Part shown: in pieces, positions 37,614 through 48,987 of the stretch
Position numbering within the stretch: the stretch's first letter is position 1
Layout: every line of letters starts with the position of its first letter
NCBI RefSeq assembly: GCF_965215655.1
Contig: NZ_OZ244111.1
Location: 517,963 to 581,962 of the forward strand
DNA from: Nioella sp.
Lineage (GTDB): Bacteria; Pseudomonadota; Alphaproteobacteria; Rhodobacterales; Rhodobacteraceae
Reading direction: 5' to 3'
DNA length: 64,000 nt
Translations under genes and position numbers: made by a program
Notes under the pieces: model-generated
Database searches by the model: none
Seen by the model: the letters and a program-made list of their open reading frames with translations, nothing else
Told to the model about the DNA's origin: nothing

Positions 37614-38435
37614 ATGAGTTATGCAAAAGCGGGGCATGGGCCCCTTGATTATCAGCCGTGCCGCTACGAGGGGTCGCCGATGACGTTTCGGGGGCCGAAG
37701 GCGGAGCCGGAGGAGGGCTATGTCCTGTGCCTCGGCGGATCGGAAACCTTCGGGAAGTTTTCACCCGACCCCTTTCCCGACCTGTTGGCGCGGCGGCTTG
37801 GGCGGCCTGTGGTCAATATGGGCGCGATGAACGCGGGGATCGACCTGTTGCTGCATGACCCCGCCATTCGCAACGCCCTCGCGCGGGCCGGGGCGGTGGT
37901 GTTGCAGGTGCCGGGGGCGGCCAATCTGTCGAACCGGTTCTTCAGCGTGCATCCCCGGCGAAATGACCGGTTCGTCAAGGCCTCGACCATGATGCGCACG
38001 ATCTACCGGGAGGTGGATTTTACCGAGTTCCACTTCACGCGGCACATGCTGACCGCGCTGAAACGAAGGTCGGAGGACCGGTTCATGATCGTGGTGGAGG
38101 AATTGCGTGCCGCGTGGCAGGCGCGGATGACGACGCTGCTGGACAGGATCGGCGTGCCGGTCCATCTGCTGTGGCTGTCACGCCGGGCGCCGGGGGATGA
38201 CCCGTTGGACGAGGAGGGGTTGGGATATGATCCGCTCTTCGTTGATGCCGCGATGCTGGCGGGTCTGGCGCCAAAGGCGGCCAGCGTGTCTGTCTGCATT
38301 CTGCCACAGGATGCGCGGGCACCGGCCGCGCGGGGCATGTTCTATGGCCGGGGCGAGGAAGCTGCCGCGCGGCTGATGCCGGGGCCGGAGGACCATGACC
38401 GGGTGGCTGCGCTGCTGGCAGGTGCAATGGCATGA
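37614..38435 (+). CDS. DUF6473-like protein with SGNH-like motifs
   Basis: [41 protein letters not shown]. Confidence 0.75.
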   Translation: MSYAKAGHGPLDYQPCRYEGSPMTFRGPKAEPEEGYVLCLGGSETFGKFSPDPFPDLLARRLGRPVVNMGAMNAGIDLLLHDPAIRNALARAGAVVLQVPGAANLSNRFFSVHPRRNDRFVKASTMMRTIYREVDFTEFHFTRHMLTALKRRSEDRFMIVVEELRAAWQARMTTLLDRIGVPVHLLWLSRRAPGDDPLDEEGLGYDPLFVDAAMLAGLAPKAASVSVCILPQDARAPAARGMFYGRGEEAAARLMPGPEDHDRVAALLAGAMA

Positions 38436-38437
38436 AA

Positions 38438-38463
38438 AAGGCCCGCCGGGATGGGCGGGCCTT
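38438..38463. terminator. bidirectional intrinsic terminator
   Basis: AAGGCCCGCC-6 nt-GGCGGGCCTT between convergent genes. Confidence 0.75.
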
Positions 38464-38486
38464 CTGTGATTGCGCAGTCGCGTGGA

Positions 38487-39416
38487 TCAGCCGAGTTTCT
38501 CGGTCAGTTCCGGGACGGCGGTGAAGAGGTCTGCGACCAGGCCGTAATCGGCGACCTGGAAGATCGGGGCCTCTTCGTCCTTGTTGATCGCGACGATGAT
38601 CTTGCTGTCCTTCATGCCCGCGAGGTGCTGGATCGCGCCCGAGATGCCGACGGCAATGTAGAGATCCGGGGCGACGACCTTGCCGGTCTGGCCCACCTGC
38701 CAGTCGTTCGGGGCATAGCCCGAGTCGACTGCGGCGCGGGAGGCACCAACAGCGGCGCCGAGCTTGTCGGCGAGACCTTCGATGATCTTGAAGTCCTCTT
38801 CGGACCCGACGCCACGGCCACCGGACACGACGATGCCGGCGCTGGTCAGTTCGGGGCGGTCGGACGCGGCAACCTTGTCCTCGACCCCTTCGCTGAGGCC
38901 GGGGTTATCGGCGGCGGAAATGGTTTCCACCGGCGCTGCGGCCTGTTCACCGGCTGCGTCGAAGGTCGATGTCCGGAAGCTGATAACCTTCTTTTCATCT
39001 TTCGAGCGTACGGTCTGCACCGCGTTGCCCGCATAGATCGGGCGTTCGAACGTATTTCCGTCCACAACACCGGAGGCATCCGAGATCACCATCACATCCA
39101 GAAGCGCGGCCACGCGGGGCAGCACGTTCTTGGCATCCGTGGTGGCGGGCGCCACGATATGCTCGTAATCGCCAGCCAGCGACACGATCAGCGCGGCGGT
39201 CGGTTCCGCCAGCCGATGGCCGAGCGAGGCATCTTCGGCGACCAGAACCTTGGACACGCCCGCGATCTTGGCAGCGGCGTCCCCGGCAGCGGCGGCAGAG
39301 GCACCAGCGGCCAGAACGGTCACGTCGCCAAGCGACGAGGCCGCGGCAACGGCCTTTGCGGTGGCGTCGAGCGACAGTTCGCCATCGGTCACTTCAGCAA
39401 GGAGAAGAACAGCCAT
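38487..39416 (-). CDS. etfA: electron transfer flavoprotein alpha subunit
   Basis: [51 protein letters not shown]. Confidence 0.97.
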   Translation of the reverse strand: MAVLLLAEVTDGELSLDATAKAVAAASSLGDVTVLAAGASAAAAGDAAAKIAGVSKVLVAEDASLGHRLAEPTAALIVSLAGDYEHIVAPATTDAKNVLPRVAALLDVMVISDASGVVDGNTFERPIYAGNAVQTVRSKDEKKVISFRTSTFDAAGEQAAAPVETISAADNPGLSEGVEDKVAASDRPELTSAGIVVSGGRGVGSEEDFKIIEGLADKLGAAVGASRAAVDSGYAPNDWQVGQTGKVVAPDLYIAVGISGAIQHLAGMKDSKIIVAINKDEEAPIFQVADYGLVADLFTAVPELTEKLG

Positions 39417-40174
39417 TACACAGCCCCCGCTTCTTTGAGTTTCGCAACAAGCTCGTCCACGGAGCCCACAATCTCACCGGCCTTGCGGGCCTCGGGCTCG
39501 GTCGTCGAGACAATCTCCAGACGCGGGCTGACGTCGACGCCGTAATCGGCGGCGGTCTTTTCATCCAGCGGCTTTTTCTTGGCCTTCATGATGTTGGGCA
39601 GCGACGCATAGCGCGGCTCATTGAGGCGCAGGTCGACGGTGATGATGGCGGGCATCTTCACAGTGATGGTCTGCAGGCCGCCATCGACCTCGCGGGTGAC
39701 CTTGGCGCTGTCGCCGTCGATATCGACCTCGGAGGCGAAGGTGCCCTGGGACCAGCCGAGCAGAGCCGACAGCATCTGGCCGGTGGCGTTCATGTCGTTG
39801 TCGATGGCCTGCTTGCCGCAGAGCACGACGCCGGGCTGCTCTTCCTCGACCACTTTGGCGAGGATCTTGGCAACCGCCAGCGGCTCGATATCGGTGTGCA
39901 CGTCATCGGCGGCCACGACCAGAATGGCGCGGTCCGCACCCATGGCCAGCGCCGTGCGCAGGGTTTCCTGGCTTTGCTTGACGCCGATCGACACGGCGAC
40001 AACCTCGTCCGCCTTGCCCGCTTCCTTCAGACGGATCGCCTCTTCAACGGCAATCTCGTCGAACGGGTTCATCGACATCTTCACATTCGCAAGATCAACA
40101 CCGCTACCATCCGCCTTCACACGGACCTTCACGTTGTAGTCGATCACGCGTTTGACAGGCACAAGAACCTTCAT
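39416..40174 (-). CDS. etfB: electron transfer flavoprotein beta subunit
   Basis: [52 protein letters not shown]. Confidence 0.97.
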   Translation of the reverse strand: MKVLVPVKRVIDYNVKVRVKADGSGVDLANVKMSMNPFDEIAVEEAIRLKEAGKADEVVAVSIGVKQSQETLRTALAMGADRAILVVAADDVHTDIEPLAVAKILAKVVEEEQPGVVLCGKQAIDNDMNATGQMLSALLGWSQGTFASEVDIDGDSAKVTREVDGGLQTITVKMPAIITVDLRLNEPRYASLPNIMKAKKKPLDEKTAADYGVDVSPRLEIVSTTEPEARKAGEIVGSVDELVAKLKEAGAV

Positions 40175-40385
40175 TTCCACGTCTCTCCTGTAATGGCCCC
40201 CGAGGCGCCAGCCCCGGGAAAGTCATGCTATCATGCGGTTGTTACCGCTTCGAATCGCGTGATGACAGGTCAAAATCGACGCGTTCGGCCGATTGGACGC
40301 CGCGTTTTTTCCTTATTGAGTGTGTATGTGTCAGATCGGCGTCGCGATTTGTGCCGGGGTGCTTGCGTAGAAGGATGGGGTTTCA

Positions 40386-40763
40386 ATGGAAAAAGTTCAG
40401 GGAATCGGTGGGTTCTTCTTCCGCGCCCAGGACCCGAAGGCACTGGGGCGGTGGTATAGAGACCATCTGGGAATCAACATAGCCCCGACCGATATGAACA
40501 TGGTGCCCTGGGTCAGTGACGCCGGTGTGACGGTGTTTGCACCTTTCGACGAGGACACCGATTATTTCGCCGCCGATCAACGCTTCATGCTGAACTTCCG
40601 TGTCGGCGATCTGGATGCCATGGTGACGCAACTGGAATCTGCGGGCATTGATGTCTACAATCGCTCGGAAATGGAGGGGATCGGCCGCTTCGCCCATTTG
40701 CGCGACCCCGAAGGGACGCCGATCGAATTGTGGGAACCCGCCCCGACAGGAGATAGCGAATGA
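40386..40763 (+). CDS. VOC / glyoxalase-bleomycin resistance family protein
   Basis: VQGIGGFFFRAQDPKALGRWY..LGI, MLNFRV.DLDAMV..L, GRFAHLRDPEGTPIELWEP. Confidence 0.9.
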   Translation: MEKVQGIGGFFFRAQDPKALGRWYRDHLGINIAPTDMNMVPWVSDAGVTVFAPFDEDTDYFAADQRFMLNFRVGDLDAMVTQLESAGIDVYNRSEMEGIGRFAHLRDPEGTPIELWEPAPTGDSE

Positions 40764-41245
40764 CACCATCCATGTCAGAGCCTCAGATCAAGGCCTTCCC
40801 GGAAACCCATACGCTCGGGTTCGTGCGCGATTATTCGATGGCCACGCTGGACGAGATGCCCGACCTTTGGCGCACCTTCTACGAGGCGCCGCTTGTGATC
40901 CCCAATTACGTGCCCGGTGCCATGTATGGCGTGTCCTTTGCGGCGGATGGTCTGGGATCGTTCAAATACGGGGTCACGGTCGAGGTCGATCCGGTTCCGT
41001 CGGAACTGCCCAAGGGCACCAGCCTGGCGCGGCTGCCGGAAGGCGACTACGCGGTGGTGCAGGATTTCGGCACGCTCGACGACGTGCAGCTTTGCTTTGA
41101 CTGGATCATCGCGGACTGGTTGCCGGGGTCGCGCTACACGCAGCGGCGCGGCGCGATTTTCGAGCGTTACCCGGAAGACCCTCGCAACGGACCGGACGGC
41201 ATGGCGTTCGAGATTTGGGTGCCCGTCAGCGACAGGCCCAACTAA
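40760..41245 (+). CDS. stand-alone GyrI-like small-molecule-binding protein
   Basis: EMPDLW..F, MYGV, YGVTVEV, LPEGDYAVV, WLPGS.Y, FERYPED, EIWVPV; ATGA-coupled to the VOC gene. Confidence 0.85.
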   Translation: MTPSMSEPQIKAFPETHTLGFVRDYSMATLDEMPDLWRTFYEAPLVIPNYVPGAMYGVSFAADGLGSFKYGVTVEVDPVPSELPKGTSLARLPEGDYAVVQDFGTLDDVQLCFDWIIADWLPGSRYTQRRGAIFERYPEDPRNGPDGMAFEIWVPVSDRPN

Positions 41246-41377
41246 AACCTCTGGCCGGGGCGACCGTGGAAAGCACCCAACGTCATAACCCTTTGCGGCT
41301 CCACCCGACATGGCAGTTGATAAATTCCGGATGAGATGAGACCATTGACCAGTATAAAGAGTTTGGGAGTGTGCCCG

Positions 41378-41692
41378 TTGTTCCGATTTACCTTTTTGTT
41401 GGCGGCTTTCCTATGGTCAGCCTCTCTGCCCGCCGCTGCGCAGACCGAGTCTGATTACATGGAGTTGTGCCGCGAGATCAGTACTCTGGCGGAATCGATC
41501 ATGTCGAACCGTCAGAGTGGCACTTCCATCGTTCAGATGATGGATATCGCCGATGGAAACGGCCTAGCTCAATCTCTGGTAGCTGCGGCCTATGAAGAAC
41601 CCCGCTATTCCACCCCGCAATACCAGGCCGAGGCGATTTCGGATTTCCGGGATCAGGCCTATCTGGAATGCTATCGGGCCGTTTCCGACTGA
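41378..41692 (+). CDS. small secreted helical protein, uncharacterised
   Basis: TTG start with SD GGGAG; signal peptide (PAAA-Q); two Cys bracket the mature domain. Confidence 0.7.
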   Translation: MFRFTFLLAAFLWSASLPAAAQTESDYMELCREISTLAESIMSNRQSGTSIVQMMDIADGNGLAQSLVAAAYEEPRYSTPQYQAEAISDFRDQAYLECYRAVSD

Positions 41693-41765
41693 TCCGGTGG
41701 GGACAGTCGCCGCTTGGCGCAAGATCGGTCAGGCGCGGGCCGTCGCGACGCTCTATCCTGAGCCC

Positions 41766-42602
41766 ATGAAACGGACGCACACCCAATCGGACCTGATTGC
41801 CCGCACCCTGTGGCAGGTGGAAACGGACCTGTCCCGAGGGCCGGATCTGCCCGCGCTGGCCGAGGCCATCGGGGTCAGCCGGTTTCACCTGACCCGTGCC
41901 TTTTCCCTGCGCACCGGTCTGTCGCTTGGCACATATGTGCGCCGGCGGCGGCTGAGCGAGGCGGCCAAGGCGCGATCAGCCGGTGACAGCGTGACCAATG
42001 CGGCTTTCGACGCTGGCTATGACAGTGTCGAGGGCTTTTCCCGTGCGTTCCGTGCCTGTTTCGGGCTGGCCCCGTCCTCGATCCGATGCGTGGATGACCT
42101 GAACAGGATTACCCTGCAGGAGGCGATTGAGATGCCCAAAACCGAAGAAAGCAAAACCCCGACACCCGAGATCAGGACCATTGACCCCATCACCCTTGTG
42201 GGACGGTCGGGCCGGTTCGACATGAACAGCCGTTCGCGCATTCCCGCGCTGTGGGATGAAACCGTTTCGGAATGGCATGACGCCATGATCGGCGGTCCGA
42301 CCTACGGCGTGTGTTCCGATTTCAACGATGCGGGGGAGTTCACTTATTCAGTGGCCTTTGCGGGCGAAGTGGCAGAGGGTCTCGACCGCCTGACCATTCC
42401 GGGCGGCTCCTATGCGGTCTTTCCCCATGAAGGACACATCTCGACGATATCGCGGACATGGGACGCGATCTTTGCGAAATGGGCGCCAGAGGCAGAGTAT
42501 GACCTGCTGAACGGGTCCGAGTTTGAACTCTACGACCCGGATTTCGACCCGAAAGGCGAAGGCAAAGTTGCGGTTTGGGTACCTGTCGCGCCGCGCGGTT
42601 AG
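41766..42602 (+). CDS. AraC family regulator with C-terminal GyrI-like effector domain (Rob-like)
   Basis: LAEAIGVSRFHLTRAF, YVRRRRLSEAA, AFDAGYDSVEGFSRAF..FG..PS; C-terminal IPALW, IPGGSYAVF, FELYD. Confidence 0.92.
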   Translation: MKRTHTQSDLIARTLWQVETDLSRGPDLPALAEAIGVSRFHLTRAFSLRTGLSLGTYVRRRRLSEAAKARSAGDSVTNAAFDAGYDSVEGFSRAFRACFGLAPSSIRCVDDLNRITLQEAIEMPKTEESKTPTPEIRTIDPITLVGRSGRFDMNSRSRIPALWDETVSEWHDAMIGGPTYGVCSDFNDAGEFTYSVAFAGEVAEGLDRLTIPGGSYAVFPHEGHISTISRTWDAIFAKWAPEAEYDLLNGSEFELYDPDFDPKGEGKVAVWVPVAPRG

Positions 42603-43171
42603 CGGTTCGCCCCCGGCACCCAAAGCACATCGGCGCGTCCATCATCGTTGCAGATGCGGGCCGCGACGAAGAACCAGTCGGACAGGCGGTTGAGGTATTT
42701 CACCGCGGCGGGGTTCACCGATTCTACCGTCGACAGTTCCACCGCCAGCCGCTCGGCCCGTCTTGCCACAGTGCGACACAGATGCAGATGCGCGGCGGCA
42801 GGCGAGCCACCGGGCAGGATGAAACTGCGCAGCGGGTCCAGCCGGTCGTTCATCGCGTCAATCTCGGCTTCCAGCCGGTCCACCTGTGCGGGGATCATGC
42901 GCAGCGGCGGATATTCTGCCTCGGCGTCCTTTTCCATTTCCGGGCGGCACAGGTCCGCGCCCAGATCGAAAAGGTCGTTCTGGATCATCGCCAGCTGCGC
43001 GTCCATCGCGCCTTCGGTATGCAGCCGCGCAAGGCCAAGTGTCGCGTTCAGCTCATCGACCGTGCCATAGGCCGTCACACGGGCGGAATGCTTGTCGACC
43101 CGCGCGCCATTGCCAAGCGCGGTCTGACCGGCGTCGCCAGTACGGGTGTAAATCTTGTTCAGAACAACCAT
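42599..43171 (-). CDS. pduO: cob(I)alamin adenosyltransferase, PduO type
   Basis: KIYTRTGDAGQT, AYGTVDELN, IQNDLFDLGA, FILPGG, LCRTVARRAER, YLNRLSD. Confidence 0.93.
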   Translation of the reverse strand: MVVLNKIYTRTGDAGQTALGNGARVDKHSARVTAYGTVDELNATLGLARLHTEGAMDAQLAMIQNDLFDLGADLCRPEMEKDAEAEYPPLRMIPAQVDRLEAEIDAMNDRLDPLRSFILPGGSPAAAHLHLCRTVARRAERLAVELSTVESVNPAAVKYLNRLSDWFFVAARICNDDGRADVLWVPGANR

Positions 43172-43174
43172 GTC

Positions 43175-43378
43175 TCAGCCCCCATTGCCGCGCAGATAGA
43201 CCACGGCGGCGATCAGGATCACCGCCACGAATTGCGCGGCCAATCGCCAGCGCATGATCTTGTTGGCATTCCTGCGGTTGAATTCCCCGCCGCGCGTGAA
43301 GGTGCCAATCCCGAAGAGCAGGATGATGGCGACCCCGACCGTGACGATCAGGGCAATGATTGTGAGGGTATCTACCAT
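43175..43378 (-). CDS. twin-transmembrane-helix small protein (HIG1 family)
   Basis: 67 aa; GIGTFTRGGEFNRRNANKIMRWRLAAQ. Confidence 0.85.
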   Translation of the reverse strand: MVDTLTIIALIVTVGVAIILLFGIGTFTRGGEFNRRNANKIMRWRLAAQFVAVILIAAVVYLRGNGG

Positions 43379-43397
43379 GGCGGTCCTTTCCGGGGGC

Positions 43398-44228
43398 TCA
43401 GCCCTTGTCGATCAACCAGTCCAATGCACGCGTTGGCAATAGCCGTTTCATCGCGCCCATGAAATAGGTTGGCACCGTTACATAGTATCGCGGGCGCGGT
43501 CGGCCAGACTCGAGCGCGTGAATAAGCTTCTTTGCCACAGCTTCGGGCGGCAGTTCGAACGCGTCGGGCTTGTCCTTGTCTTCATAGAGCCGTTTCAGCA
43601 GCGTGTCGCGATAGAGATCGGACAGGGCCGAGTTTTCCCAGTCGATCCAGCGTTCGAAATGACTGCGGGCGTTTTCGCGGATTTTCGAGGTGACGGGGCC
43701 GGGTTCGATCAGCACCACGTGAATGCCCGAGTCCTTGAGTTCCAGCCGCATGGTGTCGGTCAGCCCCTCAAGCGCGAATTTGGTCGAGACATAGGCCGCG
43801 CGCCACTTGTAGGTGATGAAGCCGAGGACAGAGCTGTTCTGCACGATCCGCCCATGCCCCTGCGCCCGCATGACGGGAATCACCTGCCGGGTCAGGTCGT
43901 GCCAGCCGAAGAAATTGGTCTCGAAGATCTCGCGCAGCCCGTCAGTGGGCAGATCCTCGACCGCGCCGGGCAGGCCGAAAGCACCGTTGTTGAAGAGCGC
44001 GTCGAGCGTCCCGCCGGTCTGGTCCAGCGCCCACGAAAGCCCGGCGGTGATGCTGTCGGCGTCCGACAGATCCAGAACCCCGCAGCTCAGCCCCTCGGCG
44101 CGCAGGCGTTCGGCGTCTTCGGGCTTGCGGCAGGTGGCCAGTACATTCCAGCCGCGCGCGTGTAGCGCATGGGCGCAATGATGGCCGATACCAGAAGAAC
44201 AGCCGGTGATCAGAATGCTGCGGGTCAT
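43398..44228 (-). CDS. short-chain dehydrogenase/reductase (YbbO-like)
   Basis: [26 protein letters not shown] (YxxxK), IEPGPV. Confidence 0.92.
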   Translation of the reverse strand: MTRSILITGCSSGIGHHCAHALHARGWNVLATCRKPEDAERLRAEGLSCGVLDLSDADSITAGLSWALDQTGGTLDALFNNGAFGLPGAVEDLPTDGLREIFETNFFGWHDLTRQVIPVMRAQGHGRIVQNSSVLGFITYKWRAAYVSTKFALEGLTDTMRLELKDSGIHVVLIEPGPVTSKIRENARSHFERWIDWENSALSDLYRDTLLKRLYEDKDKPDAFELPPEAVAKKLIHALESGRPRPRYYVTVPTYFMGAMKRLLPTRALDWLIDKG

Positions 44229-44344
44229 GTTCGGGTCCTGTCGCGCCAGATGGCACAGGGGTAGGGCCAAGGGTGGCCCGGCGCAAGCGGCAGGTCATAT
44301 CCTGCTTTACCACCCCTCGTGGTTTGACGTATCACGGATACCAA

Positions 44345-46648
44345 ATGAACGAGCAGACAATGTCAGACGACAACCGCGAAACATCCGAGTCGCTGAGCCG
44401 CGCCATTGGCTCGCGCTATTTGCAATATGCGCTCAGCACCATCATGCACCGGGCTCTGCCCGACGCGCGGGATGGGTTGAAGCCCGTGCATCGGCGTATC
44501 CTTTATGCGATGCGGGAGCTGCGCCTTGCCTCGAACGGAGGTTTCCGAAAGTCGGCGAAGATCTCTGGCGATGTGATGGGGAACTACCACCCCCATGGCG
44601 ATGCCGCGATTTACGACGCCATGGCGCGTCTGGCGCAGGATTTCACCATTCGCTATCCGCTGGTCGATGGCCAGGGGAATTTCGGCAATATCGACGGCGA
44701 TAACCCAGCCGCAAGCCGCTACACCGAGGCGCGGATGACCGCCGTGGCCGAGGTGCTGCTGGAAGGGTTGAATGAGAACGCCGTTGATTTTCGGGACAAT
44801 TACGACGGTACCCTGCAGGAACCCGAGGTGCTGCCCGCCGCCTTGCCCAACCTGCTGGCCAACGGGTCGAGTGGGATTGCCGTGGGGATGGCCACAAACA
44901 TCCCGCCTCATAACGTGGATGAATTGATTGCCGCCTGTCTGCATTTGATCAAGACGCCCGATGCACGTGACGAGACGCTGCTGAACTACATTCAAGGCCC
45001 CGATTTTCCGACCGGCGGCGTGATCGTCGAGCCCAAGGAAAGCATGGCCGAGACCTACCGCACCGGTCGCGGCGCGTTTCGCCTGCGCGCCAAGTGGGAG
45101 ACCGAGGATCTGGGCCGGGGCACCTGGCAGGTCGTGGTCACGGAAATCCCCTATCAGGTGCAGAAATCGAAGCTGATCGAGAAGATCGCGGAGCTGATCC
45201 AGACCAAGAAGGTGCCGATCCTCGCCGATGTGCGCGACGAATCGGCTGATGACATCCGCATCGTTCTGGAGCCGCGCTCCAAGAACGTGGACCCGGAAAT
45301 TCTGATGGGAACGCTGTTTCGCAGCTCGGACCTCGAAACCCGGTTCAGCCTGAACATGAACGTGCTGATCGACGGGCGCACGCCCAAGGTCTGTTCGCTG
45401 AAGGAGGTTCTGCGCGCCTTCCTCGACCATCGGCGCGAGGTGCTGATCCGCCGCTCCTCCCACCGGATGGAAAAGATCGACCACCGGTTGGAGGTGCTGG
45501 AAGGCTTCATCATCACCTTCCTCAACCTCGACCGGGTGATCGACATCATCCGCTATGACGACGACCCCAAGGCCGCGTTGATGCGCGAGGAATGGGGCAG
45601 GGCGCATGTGCGGGCGACCTCCGAGGCCGATTATGTCAGCCCCGCGCCCGGTGAGGGTGAACTGACCGAGGTGCAGGCAGAGGCCATCCTGAACATGCGC
45701 CTGCGCAGCTTGCGGCGGCTGGAAGAGATGGAGCTGCTGAAAGAGCAGGCCGCCCTGATGGAAGAACGCGCCGAGCTCGACGACCTGTTGGCGCGGGACG
45801 ACCTGCAATGGGGCCGCATTGGCGAAGAGCTGCGCGAGATGCGCAAGCAGTTTGGCAAAGGCACCGAATTCGGCAAACGTCGCACGGATTTTGCCGAGGC
45901 GGGCGAAACCCCCGACGTGCCGCTGGAAGCGATGATCGAGCGTGAACCGATCACCGTGGTCCTGTCGAAAATGGGCTGGGTGCGCGCGATGAAGGGCCAT
46001 GTCGCGCTGGATGGTGAGTTCAAATACAAGGACGGCGACGAGGGCCGCTTCCTGATGCATGCGGAAACCACCGACAAGCTGCTGGTCTTCGGCAATAACG
46101 GGCGCTTCTATACCATCGCCGCGTCGAACCTGCCCGGCGGGCGCGGCATGGGGGAACCCGTGCGTCTGATGGTCGATCTGCCCAATGAGGTCGAAATCGT
46201 CGATCTGCTGATACACAAGCCCGGCGCGAAACTGCTGGTCGCCTCTTCTGCCGGGGATGGCTTCCTCGTGCCAGAGGCCGACGTGATCGCGCAGACCCGG
46301 TCCGGCAAGCAGGTGCTGAACGTGAAAGCACCGGTGCGCGCGGCGGTCTGTACTCGTGTGCAGGAGGGCGAAGATTACGTTGCCTGCGTTGGCGAGAATC
46401 GCAAGGTGCTGGTCTTCCCTCTTGCTGAGCTGCCCGAGATGGGGCGCGGCAAGGGCGTTCGGTTGCAGAAGTACAAGGACGGTGGCCTGTCGGATGCGCG
46501 CAGTTTCAACCGGGCGGAGGGGTTGAGCTGGAAAGACCCCGCCGGGCGCACCCGGACAGAGACTGACCTGACCGAATGGGAAGGCAAGCGCGCCGGAACG
46601 GGCCGCATGGCCCCGCGTGGCTTCCCGAGGGACAATCGCTTCACCTGA
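44345..46648 (+). CDS. parC: DNA topoisomerase IV subunit A
   Basis: [31 protein letters not shown] (catalytic Tyr), short CTD without a GyrA box; alternative start at 44360. Confidence 0.96.
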   Translation: MNEQTMSDDNRETSESLSRAIGSRYLQYALSTIMHRALPDARDGLKPVHRRILYAMRELRLASNGGFRKSAKISGDVMGNYHPHGDAAIYDAMARLAQDFTIRYPLVDGQGNFGNIDGDNPAASRYTEARMTAVAEVLLEGLNENAVDFRDNYDGTLQEPEVLPAALPNLLANGSSGIAVGMATNIPPHNVDELIAACLHLIKTPDARDETLLNYIQGPDFPTGGVIVEPKESMAETYRTGRGAFRLRAKWETEDLGRGTWQVVVTEIPYQVQKSKLIEKIAELIQTKKVPILADVRDESADDIRIVLEPRSKNVDPEILMGTLFRSSDLETRFSLNMNVLIDGRTPKVCSLKEVLRAFLDHRREVLIRRSSHRMEKIDHRLEVLEGFIITFLNLDRVIDIIRYDDDPKAALMREEWGRAHVRATSEADYVSPAPGEGELTEVQAEAILNMRLRSLRRLEEMELLKEQAALMEERAELDDLLARDDLQWGRIGEELREMRKQFGKGTEFGKRRTDFAEAGETPDVPLEAMIEREPITVVLSKMGWVRAMKGHVALDGEFKYKDGDEGRFLMHAETTDKLLVFGNNGRFYTIAASNLPGGRGMGEPVRLMVDLPNEVEIVDLLIHKPGAKLLVASSAGDGFLVPEADVIAQTRSGKQVLNVKAPVRAAVCTRVQEGEDYVACVGENRKVLVFPLAELPEMGRGKGVRLQKYKDGGLSDARSFNRAEGLSWKDPAGRTRTETDLTEWEGKRAGTGRMAPRGFPRDNRFT

Positions 46649-46768
46649 GACCCGGGGTTTGCAACTCGGCCACGGTTTTTTGCCGATTTTCCGGCGGCTT
46701 GGCCGGGTCGATTGCACGACATGCCCGGCTGCGCTATCCCGAACGGGCTGCCATCTAGGAGGAGCCCC

Positions 46769-47401
46769 ATGCGCGCCCTGTCCCGTTTCGCCCTTTTGGG
46801 GCTGGTCCTGATTCTCGGGGCCTGCGCCGCGACTGACCCGCTGGAGGAAGACCTGCCCGATATGGGCGATTTCCGGCTGGCCTATAACATCGTCGTGGCC
46901 GACAACATGCAGCAGGTCCCGCCCTCGCGGGAAGCGTCGGGAGAGGAATGGATCGAAATCCTGACCGCAGAGATCGACCGCCGCTTCGGCGGCTACGAGG
47001 GCGACCGGCTTTATCACATCGCGATCCATGTGGATGCCTATGCGCTGGCACCTCCGGGGATTCCCGTGGTGCTTCAGCCGCGCTCGATCCTCGTGATCAG
47101 TGCCAATGTCTGGGATGATGAATTGCAGGCGAAACTGCATGATGACCCTGAACAACTGACGATTTTCGAGGGAGCGGCGGCGGAAACGATGATCATCGGG
47201 TCGGGTCTTGCCCGGTCACGCGAAGAGCAGATGCAGATCCTTGCGCGCAACGCGGCGCGGCGCATCCAGCTGTGGATGTTGACCCATCCGGAATGGTTCT
47301 CGATCGACGAGGAGGCCGCAGCCGAGGCCCAGGCCGCGCTGGAGGCGCAGGTCGCGGAAGTGGAGCAGCCCGTAGAACTGCCGGAAGAAGCGGCAGAGTA
47401 A
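46769..47401 (+). CDS. uncharacterised lipoprotein
   Basis: SD AGGAGG; lipobox LGAC; acidic C-terminal tail. Confidence 0.75.
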   Translation: MRALSRFALLGLVLILGACAATDPLEEDLPDMGDFRLAYNIVVADNMQQVPPSREASGEEWIEILTAEIDRRFGGYEGDRLYHIAIHVDAYALAPPGIPVVLQPRSILVISANVWDDELQAKLHDDPEQLTIFEGAAAETMIIGSGLARSREEQMQILARNAARRIQLWMLTHPEWFSIDEEAAAEAQAALEAQVAEVEQPVELPEEAAE

Positions 47402-47423
47402 CGGGTTTTCCCCCAACTCACCC

Positions 47424-47452
47424 TTGATTTTTCCCCCGCGCCTCAGTAACGA
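47424..47452 (+). promoter_or_regulatory. putative tuf promoter
   Basis: TTGATT-17 bp-TAACGA. Confidence 0.55.
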
Positions 47453-47508
47453 GCGCGCGATGATGAACCGGGGCCGGGCGGCCCCCCCTAGCATGAGGCG
47501 CCTGAGCA

Positions 47509-48684
47509 ATGGCAAAGGAAAAGTTTGAGCGCGGCAAGCCGCATTGTAACATCGGCACGATCGGTCACGTTGACCACGGCAAGACGACGCTGACGGCGGC
47601 GATCACCAAGTATTTCGGTGACTTCAAGGCCTATGACCAGATCGACGGCGCGCCGGAAGAGAAGGCTCGCGGGATCACCATCTCGACCGCGCATGTGGAA
47701 TACGAGACCGACAACCGTCACTACGCCCATGTCGACTGCCCCGGGCACGCCGACTACGTGAAGAACATGATCACCGGTGCCGCCCAGATGGACGGCGCGA
47801 TCCTGGTGGTGAACGCGGCTGACGGCCCGATGCCGCAGACCCGCGAGCACATCCTGCTCGGCCGCCAGGTGGGTATCCCCGCCATGGTCGTGTTCCTGAA
47901 CAAAGTCGACCAGGTCGATGACGAGGAACTGCTGGAGCTGGTGGAAATGGAAGTCCGCGAGCTCTTGTCCGAATATGACTTCCCGGGCGACGATATCCCG
48001 ATCATCGCAGGCTCTGCCCTGGCGGCGATGGAAGGCCGTGACCCGGAGATCGGCGAGAACAAGATCCGCGAACTGATGGCGGCCGTGGACGAGTACATCC
48101 CGCAGCCCGAGCGTGCCGTGGACCAGCCCTTCCTGATGCCGATCGAAGACGTGTTCTCGATCTCCGGCCGCGGCACGGTTGTGACCGGCCGTGTGGAGCG
48201 TGGCGTGATCAACGTGGGCGACGAGATCGAGATCGTCGGCATCCGCGACACCAAGAAGACCACCTGTACCGGTGTGGAAATGTTCCGCAAGCTGCTGGAC
48301 CGCGGTGAAGCCGGCGACAACATCGGCGCCCTGCTGCGCGGTGTGGACCGTGACGGCGTGGAGCGTGGCCAGGTTCTGTGTAAGCCGGGCTCGGTGAACC
48401 CGCACACCCAGTTCGAAGCCGAGGTCTACATCCTGACCAAGGAAGAAGGCGGCCGTCACACGCCGTTCTTCGCGAACTACCGTCCGCAGTTCTACTTCCG
48501 TACCACGGACGTGACCGGCACCGTTCAGCTGCCCGAAGGCACCGAGATGGTGATGCCCGGCGACAACCTGAAGTTCACGGTTGAGCTGATCGCGCCGATC
48601 GCCATGGAAGACGGCCTGCGCTTCGCCATCCGCGAAGGCGGCCGCACCGTCGGCTCCGGCGTCGTGTCGAAGATCCTCGCATAA
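47509..48684 (+). CDS. tuf: elongation factor Tu
   Basis: [35 protein letters not shown]. Confidence 0.99.
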   Translation: MAKEKFERGKPHCNIGTIGHVDHGKTTLTAAITKYFGDFKAYDQIDGAPEEKARGITISTAHVEYETDNRHYAHVDCPGHADYVKNMITGAAQMDGAILVVNAADGPMPQTREHILLGRQVGIPAMVVFLNKVDQVDDEELLELVEMEVRELLSEYDFPGDDIPIIAGSALAAMEGRDPEIGENKIRELMAAVDEYIPQPERAVDQPFLMPIEDVFSISGRGTVVTGRVERGVINVGDEIEIVGIRDTKKTTCTGVEMFRKLLDRGEAGDNIGALLRGVDRDGVERGQVLCKPGSVNPHTQFEAEVYILTKEEGGRHTPFFANYRPQFYFRTTDVTGTVQLPEGTEMVMPGDNLKFTVELIAPIAMEDGLRFAIREGGRTVGSGVVSKILA

Positions 48685-48708
48685 GCGACCGGATCCCCAG
48701 ACAAACAG

Positions 48709-48738
48709 AAAGGCCCGCTCAATCGAGCGGGCCTTTTT
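48709..48738 (+). terminator. tuf terminator
   Basis: AAAGGCCCGCTC-AATC-GAGCGGGCCTTTTT. Confidence 0.9.
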
Positions 48739-48952
48739 GATTGGGACGCGGCACGTGCCGCGAGGGGGCATCTATTCGGTAGTGTATTGCCGAAGCGCGA
48801 GGGGGCGACTCGCACAGTAAGTCTTGCCGCTCTATCCAAGCCAGATCAGCAAACCTTCCCAAGATTACGCGCCTCTCACCAAATCGCTGCCGCGCCCGGC
48901 GCCAGGGACTGGTTGGTCAACAAAAGGTGGGTGGAAATCCCCAACTTTCCCC

Positions 48953-48981
48953 TTGCCCCATCCCCCCATCCCCTGTACATC
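48953..48981 (+). promoter_or_regulatory. putative S10 operon promoter
   Basis: TTGCCC-17 bp-TACATC. Confidence 0.65.
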
Positions 48982-48987
48982 GCGCGG

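Noticed and set aside
48747-48806. 16-bp perfect palindrome CGCGGCACGTGCCGCG and 10-bp direct repeat GCGAGGGGGC in the tuf-rpsJ spacer
   Set aside because: About one such palindrome is expected by chance in 64 kb of GC-rich DNA; no supporting context
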